Below are positions 62,555 to 64,000 of a stretch of 64,000 nt of DNA, in pieces. This stretch comes from a virus (lineage: Duplodnaviria; Heunggongvirae; Uroviricota; Caudoviricetes), in the IMG/VR virus record IMGVR_UViG_2864804954_000001, positions 46,193 to 110,192 of that record. The stretch is one strand, 5' to 3'. The notes beneath the pieces are model-generated. The model was given only the letters and a program-made list of their open reading frames with translations, was not told where the DNA came from and ran no database searches. Within the stretch, counting starts at the first letter, position 1, and the number at the start of each line of letters is the position of its first letter. The position numbers and the translations under genes were made by a program.

Positions 62555-63211
62555 TTACGTGTGAAATGCGTTAGCTACTGCGGTTTTAACTTCATTAACC
62601 GCATTCACAATAAACCGCTGTGCTTCTGGAGTATCAACCGTCATCTTGAGGCAGTTCGCAACGAACTTAATGTCAATCTCCACTGCATGACTTGTCTTGA
62701 GTCCATTTGCCGATGCAAACGCACATTGCGCTCGTTGGGCATAAAACTCTTGCTTGACAAAGTCAGGTGGACTCATCGAGTAATCCAATAACGTGCGAGC
62801 CATCGGGCTGAGGCTGTCGCGTAAATGATTAACCTCGCTTTGTAACTCCACTTCTTCCTCAGCCGAACTTGATTCATCAGCGAACGAATCGAACCATTCG
62901 CCTTCGCTATCTTCGCCCGTGTGGGATTGACTGCCACTGATGGTTTTCATTTCGTAGCGATAGAGGCGTTCAATTTCGTTTGTCACTGCATTGGTTGCTG
63001 CTGTCACAAAGTAGGTGGAGAACTTTGCTCTCTCTGGATCAAAGCCGTGATAGCTTTTGATAAACACTTCGCGGAGCTGGCCGTGTATTTCGTCATAATC
63101 AAAGTGATCAGCTAAGCCCGCAGCCGCAAAGCGTCGAGACGCTTTTTGGCTTGCGAAATGGATAAGTTTCTCGTTCTCTTGAAAGAATTGTTCTAAAGGT
63201 AGCTTGTCCAT
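62555..63211 (-). CDS. phage sigma factor, sigma70 family regions 2 and 4 (218 aa)
   Basis: FDPERAKFSTYFVTAATNAVTNEIER closely follows sigma70 region 2.1-2.3 (FDP..G.KFSTYA..WIR.AI). C-terminal LSPMARTLLDY region-4-like. Confidence 0.5.
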   Translation of the reverse strand: MDKLPLEQFFQENEKLIHFASQKASRRFAAAGLADHFDYDEIHGQLREVFIKSYHGFDPERAKFSTYFVTAATNAVTNEIERLYRYEMKTISGSQSHTGEDSEGEWFDSFADESSSAEEEVELQSEVNHLRDSLSPMARTLLDYSMSPPDFVKQEFYAQRAQCAFASANGLKTSHAVEIDIKFVANCLKMTVDTPEAQRFIVNAVNEVKTAVANAFHT

Positions 63212-63235
63212 TGCGGTCTCCCCTGGGAGTTCGGA

Positions 63236-64000
63236 TTAACCGAACACTCGTTGAGAGAATTTTTCCACCGCTTCTTTATCCACGCGTGATAGCTTGTTGA
63301 TGAATGACAGCTGCACACCCATTGCAAAGTTACCGCGACAGATACCGATCTGCGCCGCATTGATCATGGTACGCAGGGAAATTGTGTCGCTAATCTTCGA
63401 GCCATCGTATGCTTCACGCACAAGAGAGGCGAACTCTACAATCTTTTTGCTATCCGCTTCTGCTAAACCGCAACGCTTGTTCAGTGCTGCAATCTCCATT
63501 GCTTTAGGCATATAGTGTTTTTGAATACACATACCGAAACGGTCGAAGTTGGCAGAGTTTTGAATGTTCGTACCTTGATACAAGCCTGTCTCGTCACCTG
63601 AGCCGTTGGTGTTACCTGTCGCAACGAAGCGGAAGTTCGGATGTGGCTTAATGATACGGTTGGCTGCATCAGCTTCTTTGATCATCAAAGGTTTGCCTTC
63701 AAGTACCGCCTGATACACAGACAATACCGCTGGTGATGCGAAGTCGTATTCGTCTGCTAAGTACATCCAACCGTTCTGCATTGCCAACGCTAATGGCCCT
63801 AACTCGAATACAGTCGCGCCATCTTTCACCGTCCACATACCGACGATGTGCGATTCTTCGGTGTTGGCCGTATGCTGAATACGAACGAATGGGCGGTTAG
63901 TACGTGCCGCGACCTGTTCAAACAGTTCCGACTTGCCTGTACCTTTATGACCCCATACATACGGATTAATGTTGAGCGACAGTGCCAACATGACATTTTT
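63236..64000 (-). CDS. AAA+ ATPase, MoxR/CobS-like, 5'-truncated by window edge
   Basis: Walker A GHKGTGKSE only about 15 residues from the first Met of the ORF, so the true N-terminus probably lies beyond 64000. Walker B LADEYD. Confidence 0.5.
   Translation of the reverse strand, partial: KNVMLALSLNINPYVWGHKGTGKSELFEQVAARTNRPFVRIQHTANTEESHIVGMWTVKDGATVFELGPLALAMQNGWMYLADEYDFASPAVLSVYQAVLEGKPLMIKEADAANRIIKPHPNFRFVATGNTNGSGDETGLYQGTNIQNSANFDRFGMCIQKHYMPKAMEIAALNKRCGLAEADSKKIVEFASLVREAYDGSKISDTISLRTMINAAQIGICRGNFAMGVQLSFINKLSRVDKEAVEKFSQRVFG

Noticed and set aside
63236-63991. AAA ATPase as a complete 251-aa gene
   Set aside because: The Walker A lies only about 15 residues from the first Met and the frame is open to the window edge. 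The gene almost certainly starts beyond coordinate 64000.

Overview
The window looks like a 64 kb stretch of a large, virulent tailed dsDNA phage. GC content and lipobox/Sec-type signals suggest a marine gamma-proteobacterial host such as a Vibrio-like bacterium. Nearly all genes are on the minus strand and tightly packed, often with ATGA or TAATG overlaps; no integrase or repressor was seen.

Modules (coordinates on the plus strand, genes transcribed right to left):
- Head morphogenesis, about 0.2-7.4 kb: TerS, TerL, portal, scaffold, major capsid protein and two downstream structural genes.
- Accessory cluster, 7.5-11.8 kb: GNAT-like protein, thioredoxin, a stand-alone ABC-type ATPase and two ParB-like nuclease-domain proteins.
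- A plus-strand island, 11.9-14.05 kb: an SF2 (UvsW-like) helicase with its own terminator.
- Early region, 14.6-30 kb: about 35 small ORFs, each with its own sigma70-like promoter and a conserved leader lacking a Shine-Dalgarno sequence, built around TATCGAAAC(G/A)AACAAC. Several non-coding stretches carrying repeats lie between them.
- Nucleotide metabolism, 34.6-44 kb: P-loop kinase, MazG, ThyX, NrdB, a homing-endonuclease insertion, then NrdA.
- Recombination, repair and replication, 45-64 kb: RuvC-like resolvase, SbcCD (gp46/47-like), SleB-type lysin, RecA/UvsX, FEN, gp32-like SSB, DnaE, a phage sigma factor, and an AAA ATPase truncated at the window edge. DnaQ lies at 30.9 kb.

The most unusual signals are:
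- (i) an approximately 20-bp palindromic element, TAAGTCAC-NN-GTGACTTA(CTTTT), present about 18 times in intergenic regions upstream of middle and late operons;
- (ii) a family of at least eight proteins, four of them in a translationally coupled tandem array, sharing a C-terminal tail ...Y(G/K)x(F/I/V)(G/A/T)AW(S);
- (iii) the two-class promoter/leader architecture;
- (iv) the iteron-rich non-coding regions.

All functional calls are inferred by eye from motifs. No database search was possible.
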